DNA of 59,795 nucleotides from Toensbergia leucococca (Eukaryota): NCBI GenBank assembly GCA_022813965.1, contig JALDZS010000152.1, positions 1 to 59,795 of the forward strand, read 5' to 3'. Shown piece by piece: positions 32,128 to 44,446 of this stretch (position 1 is its first letter; each line of letters starts with the position of its first letter). The notes under the pieces were generated by a model. It saw only the letters and a program-made list of their open reading frames with translations, ran no database searches and was not told where the DNA came from. The position numbers and the translations under genes were made by a program.

Positions 32128-33111
32128 ATGTTCAACCAGTGGCTAACCGTTCTTCTGGCCTACTTACTGTTGGATGTTCAGAATCTTATATCGGCAGCCA
32201 TTACTCACAACGGCAATGGGCGATGGGATTCTTATTCCGAATTCATACCAATGACAGGAGCAGTGCTTGGTTGGGCAGACACCATGGAATACGCCAGAGC
32301 TGGATATAATGATATGGTAAGGTTGCACAGCACCGCTGGGAGAAACCGCAACAATCCGCCCAGTATGTTTTGTGCTATGTTCGTCAAAGATATTGGACTG
32401 TTTATGGCATCATCAGTCAGGGGCGGAAGGGATTACTCGTACACGAACAATGGTGCCAATGTCCCAGAAGGCCTGAGAAACGCCCTTCTCAACTGCGCTC
32501 AAGATGGCCAGCAACACGCAACCGGTGGAGCTTGTGCCGAGCTGATGGCCATTGCACTTTTCTATGACCTTAATCCTACTTTAGACCTGGGAACAAAAAC
32601 ATCTTGGGCTGCTCCATATGGTCAGGGTCCCCTCGACAATGCACCAAAGCCACAGAATCCGTGCAGAGCCCGTAATGGAGGAATCGGTTGCAGCATCGTA
32701 CTTTCATATCTCAGCGTCAGCGTTGGACCCATCCCGCCTAAACGGCGTGAAATTGAACAAAGGGCCGCCGAAAGTTCATCGATGTCGGTTATAAGCCTCA
32801 CGGCTACTCCATCGATTACGTTGACCGGCGAGACCGGTGCAAGCCTTATTCCGATAGCAAAGGCAACTGGTATGCCGGATCTGAAAACTGACGAGGATGA
32901 CGAAGGAGAAGAAGAAGCCGACTGTGCCCAAGCATGTATAGCCGCTCTTTCAGGCTGTACAGGAGGTGATCTTTCTAAATTGAGGAAACGAGACGGAATT
33001 CCTTGCAAGTCGGCAGAAACGTGTTTGTGTGGCGAAGTGCCGCGAACATCTGGTGGCAGCGTGGACGTTGCAGGGGTGGAAGCGCACTGTAGAAATGTGA
33101 GTTTCCCTTGA
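32128..33111 (+). CDS. Secreted Cys-rich protein with a deaminase-like zinc motif and Kex2-type sites
   Basis: Hydrophobic signal-like N-terminus; HATGGACAE...PCx8C; KR dibasic sites; six-Cys C-terminal part; 327-aa intronless ORF. Confidence 0.65.
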   Translation: MFNQWLTVLLAYLLLDVQNLISAAITHNGNGRWDSYSEFIPMTGAVLGWADTMEYARAGYNDMVRLHSTAGRNRNNPPSMFCAMFVKDIGLFMASSVRGGRDYSYTNNGANVPEGLRNALLNCAQDGQQHATGGACAELMAIALFYDLNPTLDLGTKTSWAAPYGQGPLDNAPKPQNPCRARNGGIGCSIVLSYLSVSVGPIPPKRREIEQRAAESSSMSVISLTATPSITLTGETGASLIPIAKATGMPDLKTDEDDEGEEEADCAQACIAALSGCTGGDLSKLRKRDGIPCKSAETCLCGEVPRTSGGSVDVAGVEAHCRNVSFP

Positions 33112-35294
33112 TCTCTCCTTTGTTCGCCGCCGCTCATGCATGGAAATCATAGCAATGTCAGTTTATTGAAGAAGGGCAGTTCAAAGCGCAGGGTGGGTCG
33201 GATGATTATGATCTTGATGATTTATTCAAGTGTTTGGAGCAAGCCACTACATCTAGTGGGGATAACTTACCTGGTTGTGCGGAAGCGGCTTCAGACAAGA
33301 TTTGATAAAGTACGTGGCAATTTCAATCTTCATGGTCTGGACGCGGGTCGTCGAATGTATATCTTGAAAGCCCGTTGCTTTGAAGATTGAGTTTGCTATG
33401 TTGAAGGCACTCAATGGGAATATGTGTGAAAATATCATAGTCTGTTCAATCCAATCTCTAATCCTCTATATCCATCATCTGTGTGACTTGTTGGTTAGTG
33501 CTTCAGGCTGATGGAATCCTCGCAAGCATTTATTTCATCGCCGTTTTCAATTGCTACTCATGATGCACCGTCTCATCACCATGTCAACAGGTGGTTTTGT
33601 TGGTAGGCAGTCTTCTTTTTTCACACATCTGGCGAATCAGTATCTGGTCAAGTCATCTTTCAGGATTTACCTCGGCTACAACGGTGACAGATCATTCTTA
33701 CAAGACCATCAAAGTCTTCTGGACTTGGACCCTCGGAATTCACTCATTTTCCCTTGATATTCTTGAGGGACACGGAGCCGATGGAATTATTGCAAAGCCC
33801 AATCCTCATCTTGTTCGGATGCAAATACTGACTCCCCCACCCAGGAAGGTAGGAAATGTCACGGTCATCATTGTCATTTCAGACGAGAGATATGGCGTAG
33901 ATGGCAAGATGTCGCAGTGCCCGTGTTCAAGAGCCGCCGAGTCTTTTGGTTCTGCTGTTGTCCATTTTGGAAAGTCGTGAGCTGCGTATCATGGACTCAT
34001 GGTAAGTCGCGATTGAAAGGTCTTTTCATAGATTTATATCACGCGGTAATATGATCTTCTTGTCTACTTCTATGAAGCAAATCGTGTTGTCTGACGTGCT
34101 CTGAGCGAGCGACAGAGGTAATTGAGAAGTCGAAGTTTGCTTAAGGAGTCCCATTGTCAGCTTTTGCTGAGCGTTTCATTACTAATTTGGGTTGAGAAAG
34201 GCTTTGTGTGAAGCGGAGGAATTACTCCGTCTTATGAGTGGGGTGGTGGGTGGTGGGTGGCTTTTATTAGTGAACGGCAGGGCAGGATGTTATCTCCACT
34301 GCCAAGATGAAATATTTCAAGGGCAGATGTTCATGTTAAAGTAAGACGTTGATTTGAAGATTGTTGGTAAGAGTCTTCAATTGAGTTTGTTACTGACTCT
34401 TGACTCTGTAGAAATGCAGAACATGGCGTGGTTGATTAATCTAGGAAGTACAGAACGGGTAAGGTACTTTGTTTCACTCCAAAATAAGGTAAAGTACCTC
34501 AAGGTACTAGGTACACTATACCTAGGTAGGTAGGTAGGTACTTCGGGACCTACTAGAATACTGAGCTAGTCCAGTTGCGGCGAAGCTGCCAAGATGCAAC
34601 ATGAAGCTACCTTAGTAATAGATTAGGTGTGACAGGCTACCTACCTCCTACCTTTCTCCTACCTACGCCTTTTGCCTTTTACCTTTTTCCATTGAGCAGG
34701 TCGCCCACCTCGCCGTATCCGTACCTAATACCTAGTATCATCAATGTGTTGGTGCTACCTGATTCGGGCATGACGGGTCATCTTTAATTAGAATGCGGGG
34801 GTTTAGGGCTGCCAAGCTGCGCCTTCGTACACGCTGACTTCAGCTCCAGCTCCAGTCCCATGTCATCCTCCAGCCGCCAGCCTCGCCGACCGCCCCTTCC
34901 CTCCAACATGAATGACAAGAGCACCAGCAGAATCGGCCAGCATGACTGTTCTACCAGGTACGATACACCTCTTTCATTGTTGCCAAGCACCGGGGAAAAG
35001 AACAAGCCACACTCTTGCTACACATACCACGCTATTCCTGGCCCTGTGACCAAAAAAGAGTGATACGAGTCGATGAAAGGATCCTTCAGGCTTCAGTGTC
35101 AAAGGAGGCACCCCTCCATATTCTATGAGCCATATCAGATATATCATGCCCACCTTTTGCCGAGGCCGCCTTTCTTGCCTGTCACTTAGCCTGCCACCTG
35201 CAATAGAGGATATCACTGATCACCTCCCATCTTTCCCGACCGCCCTTCGTTTTCTACATCTCGCCCCGAGTCTGACATTTAGCTAATCTTCATC

Positions 35295-37451
35295 ATGTCG
35301 TCAACCTTAGTTCCATATACAGATGCCATGCGCCTGGGCCAAGGGTACTGTCTCTTCATCCCAGTCAGATCTATAACTTATCACTGATTACCTGTAGCTT
35401 CAATTCGTATACCCAGGATATCTGCATCAACGGTGCCGTAGAATTCAAAGCCAAAGACAAAGAAGCAGTATCGCAGTCATCTCCCAATCACACCACTACC
35501 CCTGTGACAGCCCCAGCCAAAGCAACCACAAATGGCTTCACTCCATCCAAGGACGGCGAGAAGGCAGTCTCGCAGCCCATCTCAGTCACGAAAGAGACCT
35601 TGTTACCTTCGACCAGAAACCCTAAGCAGATCGTTACGTTCTCCTCCCGCGCTGTGGACAACTTAGCAGACATAATGGACGCTTTGAACATTTCGTCCAG
35701 CGCTTCAATAAAAGAGGGCACCATTAGCGCGAGTGGAAGTGCTTCTTTCGTCAACGAAAACAAAGTGTCCCAAAGTGACATCAACTTCCTCGTGACCGTC
35801 AAGGTCACCAGTCAAACCGAGCCAAACTCCGATGATATGGAGCTCAACAGCGACCTGACAGAGATGATGGGCGGAAAGAAGGGCAGTGAATTCACAGACG
35901 TCTTTGGAGATTGTTTCATCGCCGGATTTGAAGAAGGGGGAAAATTTGCAGCGATTGTAAGCATCAAGGTTAATTCCAAGAGCAGGGTCAAACAGGTCAA
36001 GCTCGCCGCATCAGCGCAATTAGCTATCCCCGCAGTGCCAGGACTTACCGTGGGTACGGAAAACAAGTTCGAAAAGGACCATAACGATGCTTTCAAGGAT
36101 ACAGAGACATCGATATCCGTCAATTGGTCAGGAGGAGGGGATATACTCGGAAAAGATCAGGTCTGGGATCTTCCCACCGTCGTCTACGTTGCCAACAAGT
36201 TCCCGGCAATGGTGGCGGATTTTCCGGAGCGGACCTCGGCCGTGCTGATGAAATACACAAGCTTGAAGAGCTTCCACAAGGAGAATGCAAAGCGTGCTGG
36301 ACCCGATCGATTGTTCGTCAACGACTACAGTCTCTGCTCACAATATACAATGGATCTTTTCAGCGCATATATGGTATATAAGAAAATATGGGCCGAGATA
36401 GCCGACATGATTGCGAACCCTGGAGACTATAAGACGCTGGAGAGCACGAGTACTGGTGCTCCTCCAATCAAGACAGATACTCTTTCTCTCAACAAGGCTA
36501 GGCGAGAATGTCGCGGCGCCATGATACAGATACTTGATGAGGTATGTCTCTGTATGAGTTAGATGTATCATGTCTAATATTAGCGGACAGACAAGGAGGC
36601 TTGTCAGTAACCCAAAGATTGCCGATGTGGATAGCGAGGGTTTGTCGCCGGATCTGCCTTGTAAAGTTCCAGGTCTACTCGCAAGTCGTCTCCCAGTAAG
36701 TGCCTGAAGCTTCGACCTCCATTCGAGGGGAACATCTTTATTCGTATTGACTGGATGATAGTATAACATACGCTTGTCAGCAACAATCGGTTCAGCTGAA
36801 CTAGACAGCCCCGAGGAGTGGGCGACGGTCGGTAAATGGAATGGTCACCCTTCATTGCACCTTTCAGCTCTAGTCGGCGATTTCCATACCCCAACCACCA
36901 TGGATACGTTTGAGCGTGGCGAGAACCATCTATTTTGCACTCTTAACGTAGGCTCTAACACCACGAACACGGTCTTACCTACTCTGACTCGAGTCCGCAT
37001 CTATGCACACGAGCATCATCACGGAACAATTCTTCATCACCAACACTCGCATGACTCTAAAGGCTACGTCTCTGCTCTCGGTCATTCCATAGCCGAGTCG
37101 AATTTCCCGTCTAGGGATAAGGATGATTGTCAATTCCACATTGGCCAGCCGACGGATAATATAAGCTACAGATCTGGGCCGGCGGATCTCAAGTCGCTTC
37201 CTGATGGCGTAGCAAAAGTAATTGTCGAGTACTTTCAAGGTTCTCGTCGCATTGCTGGCCTGATTCTCTTGGATGGCTCGGGAAATGAAATCATAAGTTG
37301 GAGACAGTATAATCGTGCGGATGCAACAAGCCAGGAGGGAATGAAATCCGAGACTCAGATACCTCCGAAAGGATATATGCTCGTCGGATTCTGGGGACGT
37401 ATGGATGCCATTGTGGTAACGCAGATTGGTGCCATCTGGCGGAAGATTTAA
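35295..37451 (+). CDS. Uncharacterised protein: MACPF-like N-domain plus jacalin-like C-domain; introns 35345-35397, 36542-36590, 36696-36761
   Basis: Spliced frame is open: MRLGQGFNSYTQ...FGDCFIAGFEEGG...VNWSGGG; C-terminus IAGLILLD...LVGFWGR...IGAIW. Domain calls are from motif resemblance only. Confidence 0.7.
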
Positions 37452-38103
37452 ACCTACATCTCTGTTCTATCGTATTTTGATTTGTATGAACCAGGTTAGG
37501 CCTTTATATATGATGGGAGGTATATTATATAATGTTTCGGCGCATAGATGACGAGAAATGGAAACAGCTAGGAATGAAGTGCTTATATTGTATATTATTG
37601 TAGTATTGGAGCCTTTGACTTTCCAACTGAGGCGCTCTCATGAATCAAAGAGCATCCATTTCAACAGAAATCGAAAGATGTTTACTTAGAAAAGGATTCT
37701 AAACCGCCTCTCCCCTCGTATTTTATTGATCGTGATACCTACGTACCTGCTCTACTTTCAGCTCAACCATCTAGCTTTACACTTGATGTCGCAAGATCCC
37801 ACTGATCCATTGTTCGTGCCGTTCATCTCAGTTCTGCTTGACTGCATCGTCAAAGATCCTACGTTGGGAAAGTCTGTAAACTCTGGCTGAAGAACCGCAG
37901 TTCTTTTCCTCTGGCTTGCTTCTTCTTCTTCTTCATCTACTTCTCTAGTGAAGCAAAACAACCTTTCACAACCGCTCTTATTCCTGACGTTGCATGACTC
38001 AGGGATTATCCATATTGAAATTGAAAACTTGACTATCATTTTCTTTTTTCTTGTCTTCTTTGTGGTTACGACCGAGGCACGTCTGATTACCACAAACCAT
38101 TCA

Positions 38104-39025
38104 ATGGCCGAACCTCCCCTGTTTTCATCGGCAAGCAGTGCCGATGAGAAGTCCCTCGAAGGAATATCCTGTCCATATCAGCTGTATGTCGCTGCTTCCA
38201 AGATGCCCGAAGCCGGCTTATGACTGTTTGTTGGCAAAGAGATTCCTGGCGGGAAGGAGGTCCTTCGGGTAGCTGTGCCCGCTGTTTCGGTAGTGTGAGC
38301 TCCCCACATGACATGGCATTGCGTACACTCATTTTCGATGCAGTGAATCTTCTGTGGATGCGTGCGACAGTTGTTTTAGCTGGCTAGGCTCAAAGGACCC
38401 ATTTAGAACACCTATCCGACTTTCTACAGGTGCTTCTTACAAGGCTGTCAGATATTGCTCAAAGGTTAATACTTTACTCTTGACAGAAGGATTCAGATCT
38501 CAAACATTGATCATCGCCAGGGATGTCAACGGGCTGCATGGAGAAGATATCATAAGGAGTAATGCAGAATGTGTGTATTCCCACTTTTCTCAACACTCTG
38601 TCCTACCTCTCCGTACAGTCATTTGATCTCCCAGACTTGCATGATTACATCATTAATTTTATTCGTCATGGAAGTTACTGCGAGATCAACGCCCGTGCTC
38701 TGAAAGCCAAGGACGTTGGTTTTACAACTCGTATGCTCATTCGTCTTGTGGTACTTCACCGACATGGTCAACTCGCGGTCAACAAATGGAAGGCGATTCA
38801 GGGGCTTCAATCTCATAGAACATTGATTGAACAGTCCGATGAATTGGGATGGGCAGCGATTAATACGGACGTCAAACTTGTGACAGAGGTAATCAAAGCT
38901 GACAGATCAGAGAACAATCTGAAAGATCTGTATTGGCAGGTAAGTACAGTGTTCCTTGAATTTGCAATTACATCTCTCTAGCAGGATAAAGCTCTGACAA
39001 ACTCCTCAAAAGATCAAGCTCAACC
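38104..39025 (+). pseudogene. Multi-exon gene of unknown function interrupted by a Copia insertion; RIP-mutated 3' part appears to resume at 42260
   Basis: Genic GC content, GT-AG introns; last exon DKALTNSSKDQAQP is cut by the LTR at 39026 and the frame continues AQHEFTDVALTKKLP* after the target-site duplication. Confidence 0.55.
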
Positions 39026-42000
39026 TGTTGTCAGTATAGATGAATAGAATTGTTATGAAGTAGTGAACTATCTAGCTAACACTGAGTCTACCTTTACATG
39101 TTGTGGGGGAGCGGAATAACAATGACCCGGTCACGCTAGTGCCCGATCAGGCAATCTTGTGCCCTTTTAACACTCCCCCTCACAAGATAGCCTCTATTAC
39201 TCTTGTTCTATCACCCCTTTATCACCATTATTATCATTGATTTTACCCTTAATTTCAGCCTCAATCCTAGGTAAAGATAGGCTCAGTATCTTCAGAAATT
39301 ACCTAAATTTATCAGCACTGAGAGGTTTTATGAGACTGTTTATGACTATAAAATTGATAAATACATAATGAATATTGAGGATCTAACATTGAGTTATCAG
39401 TTCTTATACAACATGATACTGAATATCAATATGCTTGAATCTATTATGATTGACAGGGTTATTGATTAGTTTAATAGCTGCTTGATTGTCAGTCATAATA
39501 TGAACCTGCTAAATGTCATAGTCATTGTATTTAATGCTAAAAAAGACACTAACTAGATAAATTGCTTCCTTGTCAGTGTTACATTAACTGATATATTCAG
39601 CCTCAGCTGTGCTGATAATGACTGTAGATTAATATTTAATAAATCAGCTAATAGGTTCATTTCATAGGCAGAAGATATCATCAAATGTTGATCAATGAGT
39701 ATTTATGCAGTCACTGTAAGAGGAGTCAGTATAGTCTATTAGATTCTTATTAATATTTCTGTCATCATCATTGTTTTCAGTAGGTTTATAACAGAGTTCT
39801 AGATTAGTAGTTTTAGTCAGATATTAAATGATTCTCTTGACTGCAAGATTATGTTATAAGATAGAATTACTTGTGTATTGACTGCATTATAATACAGTCA
39901 GTGTGATGTTAGGGTGAGTCATGTAGGTCACTCACATAAGAGTTCTAATTAGTGCTTGATATTTATAAATCATTTTTTTACTGATAAGGTAATCCTTTGA
40001 GAATTTGATAAGTAGCAAGCTGAGATTCATAGGGACCTTGCATGAGTAACAAGTGATTATCTCTAGTTCTTTCATTAAATTTTATACATAACTTGACTGA
40101 TTTATGAATATAGTTCTATTCAGATAATCATGAGTAATCTGCATGCTTAAATAGTAAGATACTGATCTGAGGTCTTTCATTCTAAATCTATTTCAAAGTT
40201 CTTTTTTAAGGTCATTGGTTTAATAAATATCAGAGTCAATAATAAGTAAGTCATTTACATAAATAGCTATTAGGACTTTCTCTAAGTGAATAAAGACACT
40301 GTTATATATTTACTTTAGATAAAGTTCAAAGATTAAAGAAACTTTATTAGGGTAATATGTCACTCATAAGAGCTTTGTTTTAGTTCATAGAGTGCATGAA
40401 GAAGAAGACATATTAAATTCTCCTTTCTCTCAGTGATAAACCTGTGTGATTGTTTTACATAGATTTTCTAATTATAAAGGATTGATTTTAAAAAGGCTGT
40501 AACAACATTTATCTGTTTTATTTCAAGATTATATCAGGCTTCTAAGGCTGAGTCAATGATGTTATTGAGTAAATGATGTTGTGATTAAGAATTCAGTTAC
40601 TTTTAGAGCATTTGAGGGTTTAGAAGTCAGAAATACAGGTGTAGATGTAATGATTTTCTCTGAGGCCTGATCAACATGATAAGATATTTTCACTCTCATT
40701 TCTGACATAAGTAGTATGTTATTCTGATTCAAAATCAACATCTTTTCTTTTTTAAATTGCAGATCAGATTCTTTGAATTCAATAGCCTTTACTGACATTA
40801 GATTATACTGAATATCTAATATGTGATATATGTTAAGAAGATATATCTGTTTTAAGATATTGTAAACAGAAATATTGAAAATAACTTGACCTTTGTCAGT
40901 GACCTTTATTTTATTTTTGTCAGCTGTCTGTACAGTCTCATTTGTAATAAAATAGATAGTAAAGAGACTTCTGTTATAGATTATGTAAATGTTAGCTGCA
41001 GAGTCAATTTATCAGATTTTGTTCTGTTTCTGAGTGACTAGAATTTAGGTGATAAAGACCTTTATAAAATTGAAAGCCTTAGTATCAATAAATACTAGTC
41101 TGAATTATAGTAGGTGTTCTTTACCCTCAGCTGACTTTCAATTAGATAAGGCCTTTTCAGAGTATAGATAGAAGCAATTTACATCATTATGAAGTAGGTC
41201 TTTACAATGTAAACAGAGTTCTTTTTCTCAATTTAATCATTTAGATCTCTTATTGAATCTATCATTAAATTTTGATCTTAAATTATTACATTGTTTTCTG
41301 TTTTTTGTTAACTTATTTCTAGTCACAGTGAGGGCTTTCACATTCTTTATGTAAGTTGTACACTTATTATAATTTATTATCATACTTATTATTTGTTTCA
41401 GTTTCAACTCTTGATCATTAACTTTAGTAATAAGAAGAAGTTAAAAGGTAAATAATAAAAGATCAGAATTCAGGTCAAGGTGAAGGAAGGTAACAATCAG
41501 TCAGAGCAGAAGTAAGTATCTTATATTAGTTAGTTTCTGAGCATGTCTCTTTACACTGTCATTATATTCAAGCATTAAGTTAAACTCATGCTGAGACTCT
41601 TTACATAATGTGAGGACAGTGATATTATAAGATACAATATCAGAGAATTTATATATGTGTCTCAGTGTGTTTTAGATTATTATAACTTTTATCTTTCCTT
41701 TGACGTGCTTTTAGCAGTTATTATTAACGCAAAGAAATAGCAGAGTGATAACATAGTTATTCTTATCCTTCTATTCTAGAAGCTTTTAATCATGATTCTC
41801 TTTAACTTTTAGCTGTTTTAGAGTTAAATTCTTCAGTAGTAATATAAAGGGCCTCAGATTCTTTTTCTTTATCATATTGTATAGTCATATTATTATTAGA
41901 ACAGTTATTATCTCTGTGACTTATTTGTTATAATTCACGTTGTCATTTAGCTTGATGAATTCATACTTACTTATATTCATGTTAAGTGAGTGAGTAAAAT

Positions 42001-42254
42001 TTGATAAATGTATTGAGGTACCTTAAGGTTCTCAGATAAGAAATTAAATGAATGTCAGAGTAAAGTTCAGTGTTTACTTCAGAAAGCATCAATCTGAGGT
42101 CATAATCTGTTGTTAGTATAGATAAATAAAATTGTTATAAAGTAGTGAACTATCTAACTAACACTGAGTCTATTATGACATATTGTATAAGAGTAAAATA
42201 ACAATAACTCAGTCACGCTAGTGTCTGATCAGGCAATCTTGTGCCCTTTTAACA
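39026..42254 (-). mobile_element. Ty1/Copia retrotransposon, RIP-mutated and internally deleted; LTRs 39026-39172 and 42108-42254
   Basis: 147-bp TG...CA LTRs; TSD caacc/caatc; PPT (ctccccct at 39173); PBS-like gattatgacc; relic motifs IDSAA (protease), AIYVNDLLI (RT), STAEAEY and KHIDIQYH (RNase H). Confidence 0.92.
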
Positions 42255-42806
42255 CAATCAGCACAGCATGAATTTACTGATGTAGCCTTAACTAAAAAGC
42301 TGCCTTAGTTTAGATGCAACATTAATCAATTATTTCTGTGACTTAAATGCTTACTATCTCTTAAAAGGACCTGAATTAAATATTAGGTCACTCTGTAAAA
42401 TTATAAAAAATGAAGAGATTATAATCTCTTATATTGACTCAACTCAATGCTTTAAAGAATAGCAAAAGATATTGCTTACTACTTACACTTTTGCTTATTA
42501 ATGCGGTAGATGTATGAAAGAATTTAAAGTGCAGGGGAAAGTCCTAATTAGCAATCTGAATCTTAATGCTTTAATTCAATGAGCAAAATCTCATTTACAT
42601 GCTCTGTTAGATATAAATGATTCTTAGAAACTGAGTAATATTGACTTAAAGATACAAGAAATTTGTAATAATCTACTGCTTAAAACATCCTGACTGATTA
42701 ATATGACTTTAATCTCAACTTTATATATTATCCTTGTCAGACAGTTTAAAGATAAACAGCAATAGAAAAAGGCACTTTATCTTTAATTGAAAATAATATA
42801 CATGAT

Positions 42807-43000
42807 TGTTACAACCTAGCTGACTTACTAAGCGTCAACACACCTAAGGGCATTGACACATGCCTAGCCGCATGGGGCCTAGCGCCGTCACCCGAGGGTA
42901 TTTGTATGTAAACACCCACCACCTAGATATCTTCCTTTCTTAGTCTTAGTCTCCTTATCAATCATACTCTCATGACTAGACTTTGAGCCTGGTTCTAACA
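42807..43000. mobile_element. Solo LTR, copy 1
   Basis: TGTTAC...TAACA, flanked by atgat/ataat; direct repeat of 43340-43536. Confidence 0.8.
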
Positions 43001-43339
43001 ATAATTGATTTATCACACTATTCTTAACATCTAAATTGATATTGAGTGATAAATTTGATGTCACTTTGTTAGTTAAAAGAGTACGTATTATCAACTCTAC
43101 TAATGACTGATCTACTCATCTATCTCAAGAATGTTTTAATTTGACTGCTTAAGAATAGAAGCTGATCACTTATATAACATGCAGCTGTATTTTCTAGCTA
43201 AGTAAGACAGACAGTAAAGTCAGCGCAATTTTTTACTCAGGTGAGGCGGTAATGTCAGTGATACAACCCTTCTTAAAAGTAAAAAAAAACTCTTACATTT
43301 ATTTAAACAAGTCATTGAACCCTTTAGATGCAGTATAAT

Positions 43340-43536
43340 TATTATGACTCAGCTGACTTACTAAGTCTTAACACTGACTTAAAGGCATTGACACACACCT
43401 TAGCTGCATTGAGTCTAGCATCATCACTTGAGAGTATTTGTATGTAAACACTCATCACCTGAATATCTTTCTTCCTTAGTCTTAGTCTTCTTATCAATCA
43501 TACCCTTATGACTAGACTCTGAGCCTGATCCTGACA
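43340..43536. mobile_element. Solo LTR, copy 2 (more mutated)
   Basis: TATTAT(from TGTTAC)...TGACA, flanked by ataat/ataat; differs from copy 1 mostly by transitions. Confidence 0.8.
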
Positions 43537-43728
43537 ATAATCACAGTATCTGACTTCAAAAAGATACAGTCATTAGCTCTCAGAATCAAGCATTAAAATG
43601 AGAAAGATGCAGAGTTAAAGAGCTTAAATTTTTGAGATAAGCTAAAATTGATGCTTATTTTATAGTAAAGAAAGTAAGTCACACACAGAGTGACTATGTT
43701 TGTTAAAAGTTCTGTTGACACTTCAGAT

Positions 43729-44274
43729 CAAGACTCTCAACAATTGATTGACTAAATAGCTAACTATTAGTCTTTGATAGTTAATTGTGAAATAGTTAAT
43801 CTGATTTCTGATTTATGATTTAAATAGTCAATTTTTAGATAGTTAATTATTTCTAGAACTAATTGTCAACTGAATATTTTGATAATTCTTTAAGAGAGGG
43901 TGTTTTTAAAGTCAAAACATCTCAAATAGATCTAATTATAGTCTAGATAGACTTATTTTTGATTTATTCTGAAATCTGATTTTTTACTTCACTATTTATT
44001 ATTATGATCAAATATTTATTTATTTTCATCAACAATTATTAATAGTGATAATAACTCAGACATATCTAAGTATATTTACAGAGAAGGATCTTTATACAAT
44101 TGTATCAGATTTTGATAATGATGAGGGTATAGTAGGCATGAACTAATAGTCTTTACAATCAGACTATTCATTAATTGATTTCAAATTAGAATCAGACTAT
44201 CAATAACTGATTATGTGATAAAAAAAATCTGATTCTTGCCTCAGAACTAATAGTCTGAACTATCAAAAGCCTTG
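43729..44274 (+). mobile_element. Non-autonomous hAT derivative (MITE-like, 546 bp)
   Basis: Begins caagactctc and ends tatcaaaagccttg; left and right parts resemble the subterminal regions of 49198-52233; no transposase. Confidence 0.75.
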
Positions 44275-44446
44275 TGAGCTGAGTCAATACAGAACTCAAG
44301 ATGTGTCATCTTTCATGTTGAATGACTGTCTACTCACTGAAACAGAATAAGCAGATCTTATTGAAAAAGTCACCTCAACCTGCAATGCAAGAACCGTTGC
44401 CAAAAATTTCAGGAATCAGAAACAACTTCTCAGTAATCTGGTTCCC

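Noticed and set aside
33551..35216. Short ORFs between the secreted protein and the MACPF-like gene
   Set aside because: No motifs, splice pattern or codon bias supporting genes
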